A stretch of 64,000 bases of DNA from an uncultured Spirochaetota bacterium. Lineage in GTDB: Bacteria; Spirochaetota; Brevinematia; Brevinematales; JAOACQ01. The notes beneath the pieces were generated by a model. That model was not told the origin of the DNA and ran no database searches. It was given only the letters and a program-made list of their open reading frames with translations. The translations under genes and the position numbers were made by a program. The stretch lies in contig CAWIGG010000005.1 in assembly GCA_963835575.1 (NCBI GenBank), positions 32,001 through 96,000 on the forward strand, in the 5' to 3' direction. Of the stretch, positions 48,628-61,188 are shown one piece after another. Every line of letters starts with the position of its first letter. Within the stretch, counting starts at the first letter, position 1.

Positions 48628-51272
48628 AACCTGGACTCCAGTATCTTACCGACCGATGCCCTGATTTCCTCCATATTTCCTGTATTAATACGGACAGGGC
48701 TTCTCAGCACAAAAATATCATGGACATACCAGCCCATGGTGTCGATATGGGCGCTCAGTATTTCAAAGCCGCTTTTAGTGAGAAAGCCGGCCGCGTCAAA
48801 AAGAAGGGCGGGCCTGTCCATTCCGGTGATTTCCATTGTATAGAGTAATTCTCTTTTTTCCTCAAAACTGACGGCCGCTTCCCTGTGAAAAACAAGGGGA
48901 GGTTTTTTCATACGCATTTTCATTATTTCAATCGCGTCTTCAAGCTGTTCCCATTGATTCTGATATTTTTTCAGAAGCGCGGCCAGGTCTTCACGCCAGA
49001 GATTCAATTCATCCTTCATGTGGTCCATAAAATCGACGCCGAAAATCCTGGTCACTGTAAATTCATCAACGGCTATACCTTTGTAAGTATTGATTTCCGC
49101 CCTGACAATATCAGCGCCGTTCAGGGCCAGGACCCCGCAGAAAAAGGCAAAAAGCCCTTTCCTGTCCGGTCCGAATATTTTTACTTTAAAATAATCGTTA
49201 TAGCCCCTGACCTTCAGTGAAAATTCATCATACCGTATATTCTGTATGGTCTCATAATCAAAGAGGATCTCCTTCTCCTGGTTCTGAAAGGAATAGGAAG
49301 GCCCCATTTCTTTAATAAATTCAGAAATTTCCTTTTTTCTATTATCAAGGAGCGTTTTGACGATTTCATTCCGCCTGCCTTTCGAACGGACCCGGGCCGC
49401 TTTCCCGCCTAAAAAGGGCAGCGTATTTCTATAAAGCAGTGTCAGCAATTCAGCAGTATAGCTTTTAAAGTTCGATGGTTTTGTGGCGTATATATCGCAG
49501 TATGTCATTAAATAGAGCGAGTCAAAGTATTCCTGAGGGAAAGGGGTCATAATAAAACGCCCTGCCAGGTCCTGAAGAAGAGACGCGTCGGCTATATTGT
49601 TCCTGCGCGTCAGGTTGGCAAACAGCAGGTGATTATCGATCAGGAAAAGGATCAGCCCCCGCGCCATCGGCTTGACAGGAAGAATGGTTAAAAGCTCATC
49701 CGCCATCTCAACGCCGTTTTTTGAATGGTCGCCTTCATAGGCTTTACCGATATCATGGAAGAGTATGGCCAGTTTAATAAGCCAGGTGTTCTTTTTATAA
49801 AAATTGTACACCTGGATAAAATGACGGAATTTCATATTCTTTTTCGGGTCTCTCTCCGTAAAATTCAAGCTTTCCAGGGCCTGAACCGCCTCAATGGCAT
49901 GCTGGTCCACGGTAAACTGATGATACGGATTATAGATGATCAGATGCTTTATCTTTTTAAACGGAGTGAGATACACATAGAGCATTCCGGACAGTTTCAT
50001 AATGCTCAAAGCCAGAGCCGAATTATTAAGAGCTAAAATTTTTCTGAAGTAATTGAACACTTCTTTCGATTTTCTTGTTTCATCATTCATCAGTTTCGCG
50101 CATTCCCTGACATAATGGATCAGGCTGAAAGTAAACATGCATCCGGCCCTGCAGCAGAGATAGACCGCCTGGAACGCATTCTCGACGGATATTCCGGCCC
50201 CTTCCCTGACATATAAACGTTTGTTATAAATGATAAAATGCCTTTCCAGTTTCCGGCCCCAGTTTCCTTTCTTACTTTTAACGCCCCTGATGAAGCGGAG
50301 GTGGAAATCATCAATTATATAAAGCAGGGATAAAAATATATCCAGCGATTTATCATAATACTTTTTCATCAGCCTTTTTGCTTTTTCCTCGCCCGCACCT
50401 CTTATACCCAGCTGTTCCGAGACAAAAAACTGGTCGTCAATCAGGAAATGGTCATTTTTCCTTTCACTTTTAAAATGAAGAATATTTCTGATATAAAGCA
50501 GAAAATCATAAGCGGCATATGTTCTTTTATAATACATGTGAGGAAGACTTTTTTCCAGGCCGGCAAGTCCTGCCTGAAAAGTAAAAGCGTAATTCAGCCA
50601 TTCCATCAGATGAACGCTCCGCAAACCCCCGATGCTGCTTTTTATATCCGGCTCCTTTAAAAGGATTTCATTACCGGAATCACGTATGAGCTTATAGAAC
50701 TCCTCCATCTGCGACCTGAGATAATTCAGACGTATTGATGAAATGATTTTTTTAAGCAGCGATTCCATGCTCTTGTAAAGGTCTTCATCGCCTTTCAAAA
50801 ATCTTGCCTCAAATAAGGATGTCATAAACTCTATATCAACCCTTGCATGCCCGGATAAATTTTCAAGAGTCCGTACGCTTGATCCGATTTTGTAATCGCA
50901 ATCCCAGAGAAGGGTCAGAAACTCATGGGCAAAACTTTCTATCGGCGCGTTCTCCGAGTGGAGGATAAGAAGATCAATATCCGAAAAGGGCGATAATTCG
51001 CCCCTGCCGTATCCTCCGACAGCTATAACAGATATCTGCTCAGGAACGCCCCCGATGAATTCTATTACTTTATTGATCACCTTGTCCCTGAACCGGGATA
51101 ATAAATTTACCGTTTTCAGCCCTAAGCCCGGATGCCACGAAGCGCCGCTTTCCATCTGCATGAATTTATGAAATTCATTTTCAACATCTTTTATATTTTT
51201 TATAAAAGCCGTTCTGTCTTGATTGATAAGAATCTCATTAATTTTTGTAAAGAGGCTTTCAGAACCATTCAT
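48624..51272 (-). CDS. glnD: [Protein-PII] uridylyltransferase/uridylyl-removing enzyme
   Basis: AVGGYGRGELSPFSDIDLL, EPDIK..GGLR, YHQFTVDQH, HDIGK, two ACT domains (DRKGLF, DRPALL). Confidence 0.93.
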   Translation of the reverse strand: MNGSESLFTKINEILINQDRTAFIKNIKDVENEFHKFMQMESGASWHPGLGLKTVNLLSRFRDKVINKVIEFIGGVPEQISVIAVGGYGRGELSPFSDIDLLILHSENAPIESFAHEFLTLLWDCDYKIGSSVRTLENLSGHARVDIEFMTSLFEARFLKGDEDLYKSMESLLKKIISSIRLNYLRSQMEEFYKLIRDSGNEILLKEPDIKSSIGGLRSVHLMEWLNYAFTFQAGLAGLEKSLPHMYYKRTYAAYDFLLYIRNILHFKSERKNDHFLIDDQFFVSEQLGIRGAGEEKAKRLMKKYYDKSLDIFLSLLYIIDDFHLRFIRGVKSKKGNWGRKLERHFIIYNKRLYVREGAGISVENAFQAVYLCCRAGCMFTFSLIHYVRECAKLMNDETRKSKEVFNYFRKILALNNSALALSIMKLSGMLYVYLTPFKKIKHLIIYNPYHQFTVDQHAIEAVQALESLNFTERDPKKNMKFRHFIQVYNFYKKNTWLIKLAILFHDIGKAYEGDHSKNGVEMADELLTILPVKPMARGLILFLIDNHLLFANLTRRNNIADASLLQDLAGRFIMTPFPQEYFDSLYLMTYCDIYATKPSNFKSYTAELLTLLYRNTLPFLGGKAARVRSKGRRNEIVKTLLDNRKKEISEFIKEMGPSYSFQNQEKEILFDYETIQNIRYDEFSLKVRGYNDYFKVKIFGPDRKGLFAFFCGVLALNGADIVRAEINTYKGIAVDEFTVTRIFGVDFMDHMKDELNLWREDLAALLKKYQNQWEQLEDAIEIMKMRMKKPPLVFHREAAVSFEEKRELLYTMEITGMDRPALLFDAAGFLTKSGFEILSAHIDTMGWYVHDIFVLRSPVRINTGNMEEIRASVGKILESRF

Positions 51273-51300
51273 CCAACTTTTCTCTCTTTTTTTATTTATT

Positions 51301-51327
51301 AAAGCGGAGGGATAAACCCTCCGCTTT
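51301..51327. terminator. Terminator-like hairpin between glnK and glnD
   Basis: AAAGCGGAGGG-ataaa-CCCTCCGCTTT. Confidence 0.7.
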
Positions 51328-51334
51328 ATCTTAT

Positions 51335-51673
51335 CTATATGGCTGTTTCACCGCGTTCTTTAGTTCTGACCCTTACGGCATCTTCAACATTGGTAATAAA
51401 TATCTTGCCGTCACCTATCTGTCCGGTACCGGCAATATCCAGAATCGCTTCTATGACCTTTTCAACTTTATCATTATTTGTAACAATCTCAATTTTAATT
51501 TTTGGAATGAATTTTATTTCATACTCGCGTCCCCTGAAAAGCTCTTTCATTCCCTTCTGTCTGCCGTGGCCCTGCACTTCAGTATAATTCAAACCGGAAT
51601 AACCTAGCTCCGAAAGCTTTTCCACAACCGCTTCCAGCTTATCAGGTCTTACGATCGCTTCTATTTTCTTCAT
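51335..51673 (-). CDS. glnK: P-II nitrogen regulator
   Basis: MKKIEAIVRP, GHGRQKG, RGREY (Tyr51), TGQIGDGKIF; adjacent to amtB. Confidence 0.95.
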   Translation of the reverse strand: MKKIEAIVRPDKLEAVVEKLSELGYSGLNYTEVQGHGRQKGMKELFRGREYEIKFIPKIKIEIVTNNDKVEKVIEAILDIAGTGQIGDGKIFITNVEDAVRVRTKERGETAI

Positions 51674-51689
51674 ATATTTCCTCCTCTAT

Positions 51690-53045
51690 TTAATTGGCTG
51701 ACTCTATTTGTTCACCATGCTGGCTGATATCAAGCCCTTCAATCTCCGCTTTTTCTGTCACGCGCATTTTACCGAGAGTGATCAAATTCGTCAGGAACAG
51801 GCAGATCAAAGTCCCGACTACGGCTATGCCGGCAGCTGCGCCGATGGATATAAGCTGTGTTACAACCTGAGCGGGATTGCCGTCGATAAGGCCTTTAGCG
51901 GCCGGATTTATCCGCGATACGGCAAAGATTCCGGTTGCAAGAGCTCCCCACATACCGCCGAGACCATGCACGCTGAACACATCCAGCGCGTCATCATACT
52001 TGAATATTTTGCGGAATACCGACATAAATGTAAAGGAAATGAGGCTGACAACTATTCCTATCACCAGCGCTCCCCCTATGTCCACATAGCCGGACGCCGG
52101 AGTGATCGCAACAAGGCCGGCCACAGCGCCGGTGGAAGCGCCCACAATACTGGGTTTTTTCATAATGATCCATTCCAGTGCCAGCCATGTCAGAGCGGCC
52201 ATAGCCGCTGCTGTATTCGTCACAAGGAACGCGCTGGAAGCCAGGCCGTTGGCAGCGACTGCGCTGCCCGAGTTAAACCCGAACCAGCCGACCCATAAGA
52301 GGGCCGCACCTATAAATATATAGCCTATATTCGCCGGGGGAGAAACAGGATTTTTCCTAAACCCATGGCGAGGCCCAAGCACTAGGACGGCAACAAGAGC
52401 GGATACGCCCGATGAAGTATGTACCACAAGTCCGCCCGCGAAATCCAGCGCTCCTTTATGCCAGAGCCATCCTTCGGGATTCCATACCCAGTGCGCCAGC
52501 GGAGTGTAAACGATGAACGACCAGAGTATGATGAACACGAACCACCCGATAAAGCTCATCCTTTCCGCGATGGCTCCTGAAATTAAAGCCACTGTAATGA
52601 TCGCGAACATCAATTGGAACATCGAATAAGCATATTCCGGAACCGTCGGCGCATTCGGATGGACCGAATTCGGCGTGATCCCGTTCATAAAAAAAGCCTT
52701 TATAGTCCCGAACCATTCATGAAAGCCTGTTACTTTACTGGGATCAGCCGCTGTTGTCGTAAATATCAAACTGTACTGGCCGATGACCCACAAAATACTG
52801 ACAATAATAGCGCAGGCCAGGCTGTAATATATGGTGGAAAGAATATTTTTCTTCCTCACCATTCCTCCGTAGAATAACGCCAGCGCCGGGATTGTCATCA
52901 TGAGCACAAGGGCGGCCGAAGTCAGAACCCAGGCCGTATCTCCCGAATTAATAACTGGAGCGGAAGCAGTTTCGGCAAAAGCTCCAGCGGCAGGAATAAC
53001 CAGAAAAGCGAATCCTGCCCAGAAACTCAAAATTATCCGTTTCAT
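51690..53045 (-). CDS. amtB: Ammonium transporter
   Basis: GDTAW, FYGGMVR, FQLMFA, DFAGGLVVH, WFGFN, DDALDVFSVHG. Confidence 0.97.
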   Translation of the reverse strand: MKRIILSFWAGFAFLVIPAAGAFAETASAPVINSGDTAWVLTSAALVLMMTIPALALFYGGMVRKKNILSTIYYSLACAIIVSILWVIGQYSLIFTTTAADPSKVTGFHEWFGTIKAFFMNGITPNSVHPNAPTVPEYAYSMFQLMFAIITVALISGAIAERMSFIGWFVFIILWSFIVYTPLAHWVWNPEGWLWHKGALDFAGGLVVHTSSGVSALVAVLVLGPRHGFRKNPVSPPANIGYIFIGAALLWVGWFGFNSGSAVAANGLASSAFLVTNTAAAMAALTWLALEWIIMKKPSIVGASTGAVAGLVAITPASGYVDIGGALVIGIVVSLISFTFMSVFRKIFKYDDALDVFSVHGLGGMWGALATGIFAVSRINPAAKGLIDGNPAQVVTQLISIGAAAGIAVVGTLICLFLTNLITLGKMRVTEKAEIEGLDISQHGEQIESAN

Positions 53046-53085
53046 ATATCGAACCTCCTTTCAATATAATCTCTTATGATAATAT

Positions 53086-53102
53086 AGCAACAGGAATGCC
53101 AG
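53086..53102 (-). promoter_or_regulatory. Sigma-54 (-24/-12) promoter of amtB-glnK
   Basis: Minus strand CTGGCATTCCTGTTGCT matches TGGCAY-N5-TTGCW. Confidence 0.85.
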
Positions 53103-53500
53103 ATTGACTATTTATCAGACTAATAATCCATATCTTATTATTATACAATGAATAAATATATTTTATAAATACCTATTATATAATCATTATTATTTATATA
53201 TACGATTAATTATTAAGCATATTATATATTTGGTGTTTATATATTGACCGGATTAATTTTGAATATTTTCAACTCGATTAATATTATTTAGCTTCAAATG
53301 ATTGAAAACAATTTAAAATGCTATATATATATTTGGAAAATATGTATTAATACAATCTTTCAGTTCTTCTTCCGCCGCATGATATGATTTTTTGTTCATA
53401 TCTTTTTGAACCTCCAATTAGAAATAGAATTTTTTAATCCTGAATTTATAAAGTGCTTATTTTTAATTTTTTAAATTTTATAATAAAGAAGGTGAGATGT

Positions 53501-54334
53501 ATGATGAAACTTACAATAATAATTTTCATAACGCTGGTTCTGTCATCCTGTTCTATTAACCCTTCCGGTAATGGGGGTGGCAGTACCGAGAATACAAATA
53601 CAGATTTTACCAATCTGGTCTGGTCGGACGAATTCAATCAAGCGGATGGTTCAGCCCCATCGTCAGCAAACTGGACTTATGATACCGACGCCGGTGGATG
53701 GGGAAACGGCGAACGGGAAAATTACACATCCAGCATTAACAATTCTTTTATATCAAATAATATGCTTATCATTAAGGCCATATATACCGGCCCTTCATTA
53801 GCTTCAGGAAATTTCACATCAGCCAGGCTCAAGACGCAGGGAAAGCAGTTCTGGCAGTATGGAAAAACCGAGGCGCGGATAGCCCTGCCCTACGGCGACG
53901 GTATCTGGCCTGCTTTCTGGATGCTGGGAACAAGCATCAGCTCGGTCGGATGGCCGAAATGCGGAGAAATCGATATACTGGAAATGATCGGCGGAACAAA
54001 CGGCGCCGCAAAAGGCGGCGGGGATAATGAAATTTTCGGCACCATTCATTGGGACAACGGCGGAGTACAATCGAGCGGATCCAGTACTTCGATAACCATC
54101 GGTACAAATTTTCATGTCTATTCAGTCATCTGGAATTCCAGTACCATCAAGATAGGCGTTGACGGTACATATTATTATTCCGGCAACATAACCCCTTCAG
54201 TGATGGATGAATTCCGCGCGCCTTTCTTCATCATACTCAATATCGCCGTCGGCGGCGGTTGGCCCGGCAATCCGGATATCAGCACGGTGTTCCCGCAGTA
54301 TATGTATGTGGATTGGGTGAGGGTGTACCAGTAG
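53501..54334 (+). CDS. Glycoside hydrolase family 16 (laminarinase-like) lipoprotein
   Basis: LSSC lipobox; WSDEF, GWGNGE, WPAFW, GEIDILE, VDWVRVYQ. Confidence 0.95.
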   Translation: MMKLTIIIFITLVLSSCSINPSGNGGGSTENTNTDFTNLVWSDEFNQADGSAPSSANWTYDTDAGGWGNGERENYTSSINNSFISNNMLIIKAIYTGPSLASGNFTSARLKTQGKQFWQYGKTEARIALPYGDGIWPAFWMLGTSISSVGWPKCGEIDILEMIGGTNGAAKGGGDNEIFGTIHWDNGGVQSSGSSTSITIGTNFHVYSVIWNSSTIKIGVDGTYYYSGNITPSVMDEFRAPFFIILNIAVGGGWPGNPDISTVFPQYMYVDWVRVYQ

Positions 54335-54512
54335 GGGTCAGCGTTCTTTTCTTTCTTTTTTTGAAAAAAATGAAAGAAAAGAACGCAGGAAAAGAAAGAA
54401 AAAAACTTCGAGACCATTTTCATACGGAGCTATCTTATAGTATGGATATGTGCTATCCAGCTGATAAATCTTGATTCCAGTTTAATAATAGCCGCCTTAT
54501 TACGCCGTCCCT

Positions 54513-56328
54513 GATACCGCTGAAAAATGGCACCTTTACAAAAACCGATTTCCTTAGATAACTTCAAGATTTAAAAAATTGAACACTTGAAGACACAAAA
54601 ACAAAAATGACGCCAAATCCAAATAAAAGTAGATGATTCTACTTCATAATTCCCTTAATTCATCTCTAAAACTAACTTTTTGACAAATCTCTTTAAATTT
54701 AAAGCACAGGCTGCCATGTAATATTGCTGAGAACGGCCTGATTCTCCTTTATATTTCATCATTCTTAAACCATGAAATCGAACCAGTGCGCTTATCGTCG
54801 ATTCAACTTGTGCCCGAACTTTCATTTCTTCTTTAAATTTATCGGTCTTTTGTTCTTCTCTCCGCTTGCACAAAGTTGTGTATTCTTTTGTGATACATAA
54901 TTTTCGCCCCCCGCACTTTTTACTTGTTCTTCTGACACATAACCCATAATTTATACAATTTCCGCATGTTTCATGTGAAAGGACACTTGATACGAATTAC
55001 TTTTCTCACTAAAATTCCAGGAATCATTCGTCTTTCCTGCCGGACAGACAGCTTTCCGGTTTTGAATATCTATTGAAAATTTATCCAATCTGAATTCTGC
55101 CGGAACTTCGTTTGAAGTTTTTTGTATATATCCCATCAGTACCTGGTCTTTATCTTCATATTCTTTAATCGCGCTGCTGCTGATATAATTGCTATCCGCA
55201 AAGATTTTCTTCGGATTTAATTTTGAATTTTCATTCCTTCTATCCAATTCCGGTAATATTTTATTGTCATTTTCCTTGTTTGATTGTGGTATCATATCAA
55301 CTATGAAATTCACCTCGCCTTTGTTTGCTGTTTCAACGATATGGCATTTCTCGCCTGACCAGCTTGTTTTTCCTTTCTTTCCTAATTGAATGGTTGTATC
55401 CCGCGGGTCAATTACGCTCTGCATCGGCTTTTCTATTTCATCCACTTCTATAAACACTTTTTCACCTACTTCTTTTTCTCGAATGATCACATTTTCCTGA
55501 AATACGGTTTTCATTATTTTTAGCTGTTTCAAGACTTCTTCATTTTCTATCTTAGAACCCTCAATCATCCGCGTTATTCGATAGCCATCTTCCACAATCT
55601 CCGCCTGCTTGTCCGATCTCTTCCCCTTTGACATCCCGAATGAACTGAATTTCTTTGAGTAGCGTTCAATCAAATCCGCTGGAATATTTTCTTCATACCA
55701 CACGGGATTATTTCTTTCTAATACTTCCAGTAATACTCGCACAGTTCTGAAGAGTAGTTCTGTCGTTGATATCCGGTTTAAATGTTTTACAATATGAGTC
55801 GCGTCAATACGCTGGTGTGAATTACTTTTAATCAAACCTTTTTCCCGGCAAAACTCCACCATTTTCTTAAAGGCGTTATTTTCTTCTCCATTATTCCGAA
55901 AACGCTTTCTGAAATTACAGAGTGTGCTAGAGTCAAAAATGAAAACTTTCTCGATCGGCAAATGTAATGCGTATTTCCAATCCAGCCGCAAATACACAGC
56001 TTCCGCTGCTTCTGAGTCTGACAGAGAATCAAAATATTGCAGAATGGTAACCATTGATAGAAATGCCGGTGATATTCCATTGCGTCCTTTCCTGGAGTAT
56101 AAATGTTTAAAATCCCCATCATGAAATATGGGATATATTTCCCTGGAAAATATCTTTAATGGGTTTGTTTCTTCAAGTAAATCCGACATCAAATTAGTTA
56201 CCGAATATAGTTCATCCTGGCTATGTCTTTTTAAACTCATTTTATTACCCTGCAATTAATTATGTTAAATATTATGACACATTAATATAATTACAGCAAT
56301 GTATGTTAATGCATTTTTCAGCGGTATC
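54513..56328 (-). mobile_element. IS1182-family insertion sequence (second type)
   Basis: 17-bp perfect TIRs GATACCGCTGAAAAATG / CATTTTTCAGCGGTATC; flanks GTCCCT and GTCCAT (6-bp duplication, 1 mismatch). Confidence 0.9.
54655..56255 (-). pseudogene. IS1182-family transposase, frameshifted near 54978
   Basis: LSDSEAAE, DWKYALHL, RIDATH, ADSNY, CPAGK. Continues in another frame as HETCGNC...RAQVESTIS...HGLR..KYKG...NLKR. Confidence 0.85.
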
Positions 56329-56349
56329 GTCCATAGCTTTAGGCGGCGG

Positions 56350-58388
<2,039 letters not shown>

Positions 58389-58569
58389 CCGCAAACATGT
58401 GTCTTCTCTCTTCTATTATTATAGCGGATGACACGACTATATATTGAGATATTTGGTGTTCAGATTATGGTTAATGGAAAATGGCCTCGGGTACGGACAA
58501 TTTGTTGAGAGGCTTTTTGATTATCATTCTTTTCATGGAAAAATATTCTTTAACAGAAATTTAAACTAC

Positions 58570-61188
58570 TTATACATATTCTTTTTCTAATCTCTTAATT
58601 TCATCAAGAATTTCTTCCACAGTCTGTTTAAGTTCGGAACCCATTTTGATAAATTCATCCCGATACTCTGCACCCATAAGCGAAAGGAGCGCAAAATAGA
58701 CCGGTTTATATTTATCCTTCAGATCAAATCTATTCTTTGAAAATAGTTGGTAAACAAAATGATATTGCTTCTTAGCTATAAACATCCGAATTATTAAGGA
58801 AACATCCGTACTGACTTCTTTTTGAATTTCCTCATTATCATAATATTGTTTATACATTTTAACAGCTTCTTCAATGTCATTGTTCCATAATAGAACAATT
58901 ATATAACCATAAACATATTTTATATCTTTACTAAAAGCCTCTTTTTGAAGTCTCCATGCATCTTCCTTATTCGTTTTCAATTCGTAATAGAGGCATGCTA
59001 AATTATTCATAGCAGCAATATCATCATTCTTGATGGCCATTAAGTAATACTCTTTTGCCTTTTCATAATCTTTAAATTCAGTTTCATAAAGAAAAGCTAA
59101 ATATTTCATCGCCTCTACATTCCCTTTCTCTATTGCCATTAAGTAATACTCTTTTGCCTTTTCATAATCTTTAAATTCAGTTTCATAAAGAAAAGCTAAA
59201 TATTTCATCGCCTCTACATTCCCTTTCTCTATTGCCATTAAATAATATTCCTTTGCCTTTTCATAATCTTTAAATTCAGTTTCATAAAGAAAAGCTAAAT
59301 ATTTCATCGCCTCTACATTCCCTTTCTCTATTGCCATTAAATAATATTCCTTTGCCTTTTCATAATCTTTAAATTCAGTTTCATAAAGAAAAGCTAAATA
59401 TTTCATCGCCTCTACATTCCCTTTCTCTATTGCCATTAAATAATATTCCTTTGCCTTTTCATAATCTTTAAATTCAGTTTCATACAGCATGGCTAAGTTA
59501 AACATTGCCTTAACATTACCTTTGTCAACAGCTATCAGATAATATTCTTTTGTTTTTTTATAGTCTTTAAATTCAGTTTCATACAGCATGGCTAAATTAT
59601 TTATTACATCAATATTTCCTTCTCTAACAACTTCATAATAAAACTCATCTGCTATTTTTAAATCTATTTTTTCTTTATATAGTATATAACTTATAATAAT
59701 ATGTACCTGTATAAAATCCATCCCGTCTTCAAGCAACTTTTTTTTTGCTGAAGAAAAAGCCCCTTGTTTAATATCTTCATAAACCTCCCCCATTACCTCT
59801 ATATGTAATTTATCCAATTCCCGCACAAGATCCTTATGCTTTCCGGAAAGGTATTCCCTAGTTTTGCTGATCAATTCATGCTGAAGGTCAAGAGGAATTT
59901 TCGTGCGAGATAACGCCTGGGCAACGCAGAACGCATGCGAATAATATAATTTTCCTTCCTTCATAGCTTTGATATGTTTCCGGACTCTGTCGATCAGCTC
60001 CTGCTCCCCACACCATAATTCAAAAAAACGCACCAACCAAAGTACCCGGTTCCTGTTCTTTCTTTTTCCAAGCCGCATGAGAAAATAAATATTGAAGAAC
60101 CGCTCTTTCAGCCTGTATAATTGATTCTTTGTTGAAGTCATCTGCTTCTCAATGATCTGGCTCTTCTCCAGTTGATTCAGTTGAGCAGAAACAGCCTTGC
60201 CCGACATTCTTGTTTTTTTTGCTATACTTTTTGTGCTGATTGCGTCCCAATTTTGGGCGACTGCATCTACTATAATTTGCTGTTGTGTTGAAAGGTTGTC
60301 CAGCCTGTGTTTATAAAGAGGGGTTACCATATCCAAGACCGCTTCCAGATCCTTGAAAGAATTACCGTCGGCATCGTCTGTAAATATTTCAAACAGGAGA
60401 ACAACAGTTCTCGGCACACTACCGGTCAACCTCCTAAGGGCCTCAATCCTTTCAGGTTGTTTTTGAATGATCTGTTCTATTTCTTCTTTTTTTTGATAGG
60501 TTTCGCTGAGCTTTCTCAGCAGCATGATGGTTTCACTTCCTGTTAGTTCATCCAATGTAATAACCTTAAAAAAATCGTACAACGGCTCTTTATAGCTATA
60601 ATAGAATTCTAACACCGCCGAAGAAGCCCCAATGACCCTGATAGAGCTGCATGTAATAAGAACTTCTCTCAACCTCTGATTTTCTTTTTTTGAAAATTTT
60701 CCGATCATTTCCCCGAAATTGTCAATCAGGAGAACTGCTTTTTTGTTTCGTTTTTTTAAAGAATCAATTAAAAGATTAAAGATTTCCTCTTCAGGGGATT
60801 CCAAGTCATATAAATGATCAACCTGCTCTATGAGCCCGTTAAAAAATTCATATTTATCTTCAAGAATATCAATCACTTCTTCCCATAGTTTTGCCAGGGT
60901 ATTAACCCTGTATTGTTCTTCATCGAATATAACCGGTAAAAGCCATTCAGAAAGTTCTTTATCATTAAGAATTTCATAATTCAAACGCAGCAGAAGCGTT
61001 GTTTTTCCATACCCTCTCTGCCCCTGTATTATAAAATGTTGGGTTGGTTTTTCCATTTTATCATTTTTTACCGCTGTAAATAATTCATCAAACTCTTGAA
61101 GACGTATAACAAAGTTTGAAACTATATCTTCAGGGGTTTGAGATGCCGGATTATAAACAAAAGGGTATTTAATATCAGTTTGCAACAT
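58570..61188 (-). CDS. STAND-like ATPase + winged helix + SEL1/TPR repeat protein
   Basis: GQRGYGKTT, LLIDNF, GSVPR, VSAQLNQL wHTH, 33-aa SEL1-like repeats; GGAGG RBS precedes the ATG at 61188. Confidence 0.88.
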   Translation of the reverse strand: MLQTDIKYPFVYNPASQTPEDIVSNFVIRLQEFDELFTAVKNDKMEKPTQHFIIQGQRGYGKTTLLLRLNYEILNDKELSEWLLPVIFDEEQYRVNTLAKLWEEVIDILEDKYEFFNGLIEQVDHLYDLESPEEEIFNLLIDSLKKRNKKAVLLIDNFGEMIGKFSKKENQRLREVLITCSSIRVIGASSAVLEFYYSYKEPLYDFFKVITLDELTGSETIMLLRKLSETYQKKEEIEQIIQKQPERIEALRRLTGSVPRTVVLLFEIFTDDADGNSFKDLEAVLDMVTPLYKHRLDNLSTQQQIIVDAVAQNWDAISTKSIAKKTRMSGKAVSAQLNQLEKSQIIEKQMTSTKNQLYRLKERFFNIYFLMRLGKRKNRNRVLWLVRFFELWCGEQELIDRVRKHIKAMKEGKLYYSHAFCVAQALSRTKIPLDLQHELISKTREYLSGKHKDLVRELDKLHIEVMGEVYEDIKQGAFSSAKKKLLEDGMDFIQVHIIISYILYKEKIDLKIADEFYYEVVREGNIDVINNLAMLYETEFKDYKKTKEYYLIAVDKGNVKAMFNLAMLYETEFKDYEKAKEYYLMAIEKGNVEAMKYLAFLYETEFKDYEKAKEYYLMAIEKGNVEAMKYLAFLYETEFKDYEKAKEYYLMAIEKGNVEAMKYLAFLYETEFKDYEKAKEYYLMAIEKGNVEAMKYLAFLYETEFKDYEKAKEYYLMAIKNDDIAAMNNLACLYYELKTNKEDAWRLQKEAFSKDIKYVYGYIIVLLWNNDIEEAVKMYKQYYDNEEIQKEVSTDVSLIIRMFIAKKQYHFVYQLFSKNRFDLKDKYKPVYFALLSLMGAEYRDEFIKMGSELKQTVEEILDEIKRLEKEYV
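59036..59600 (-). repeat. 99-bp coding tandem repeat (four near-identical plus about two diverged units)
   Basis: GCCAT recurs at 59036, 59135, 59234, 59333 and 59432; encodes AMKYLAFLYETEFKDYEKAKEYYLMAIEKGNVE. Confidence 0.95.

Noticed and set aside
54940..54990. Programmed frameshift in the IS1182 transposase
   Set aside because: No slippery heptamer at the shift, and this family normally uses one ORF; a 1-bp deletion is simpler.
59036..59600. Regular repeats as a CRISPR array or DGR template/variable repeat
   Set aside because: These are contiguous in-frame 99-bp coding units with no spacers and no adenine-specific divergence. The nearby RT is a standard group II intron maturase with domains V and VI.
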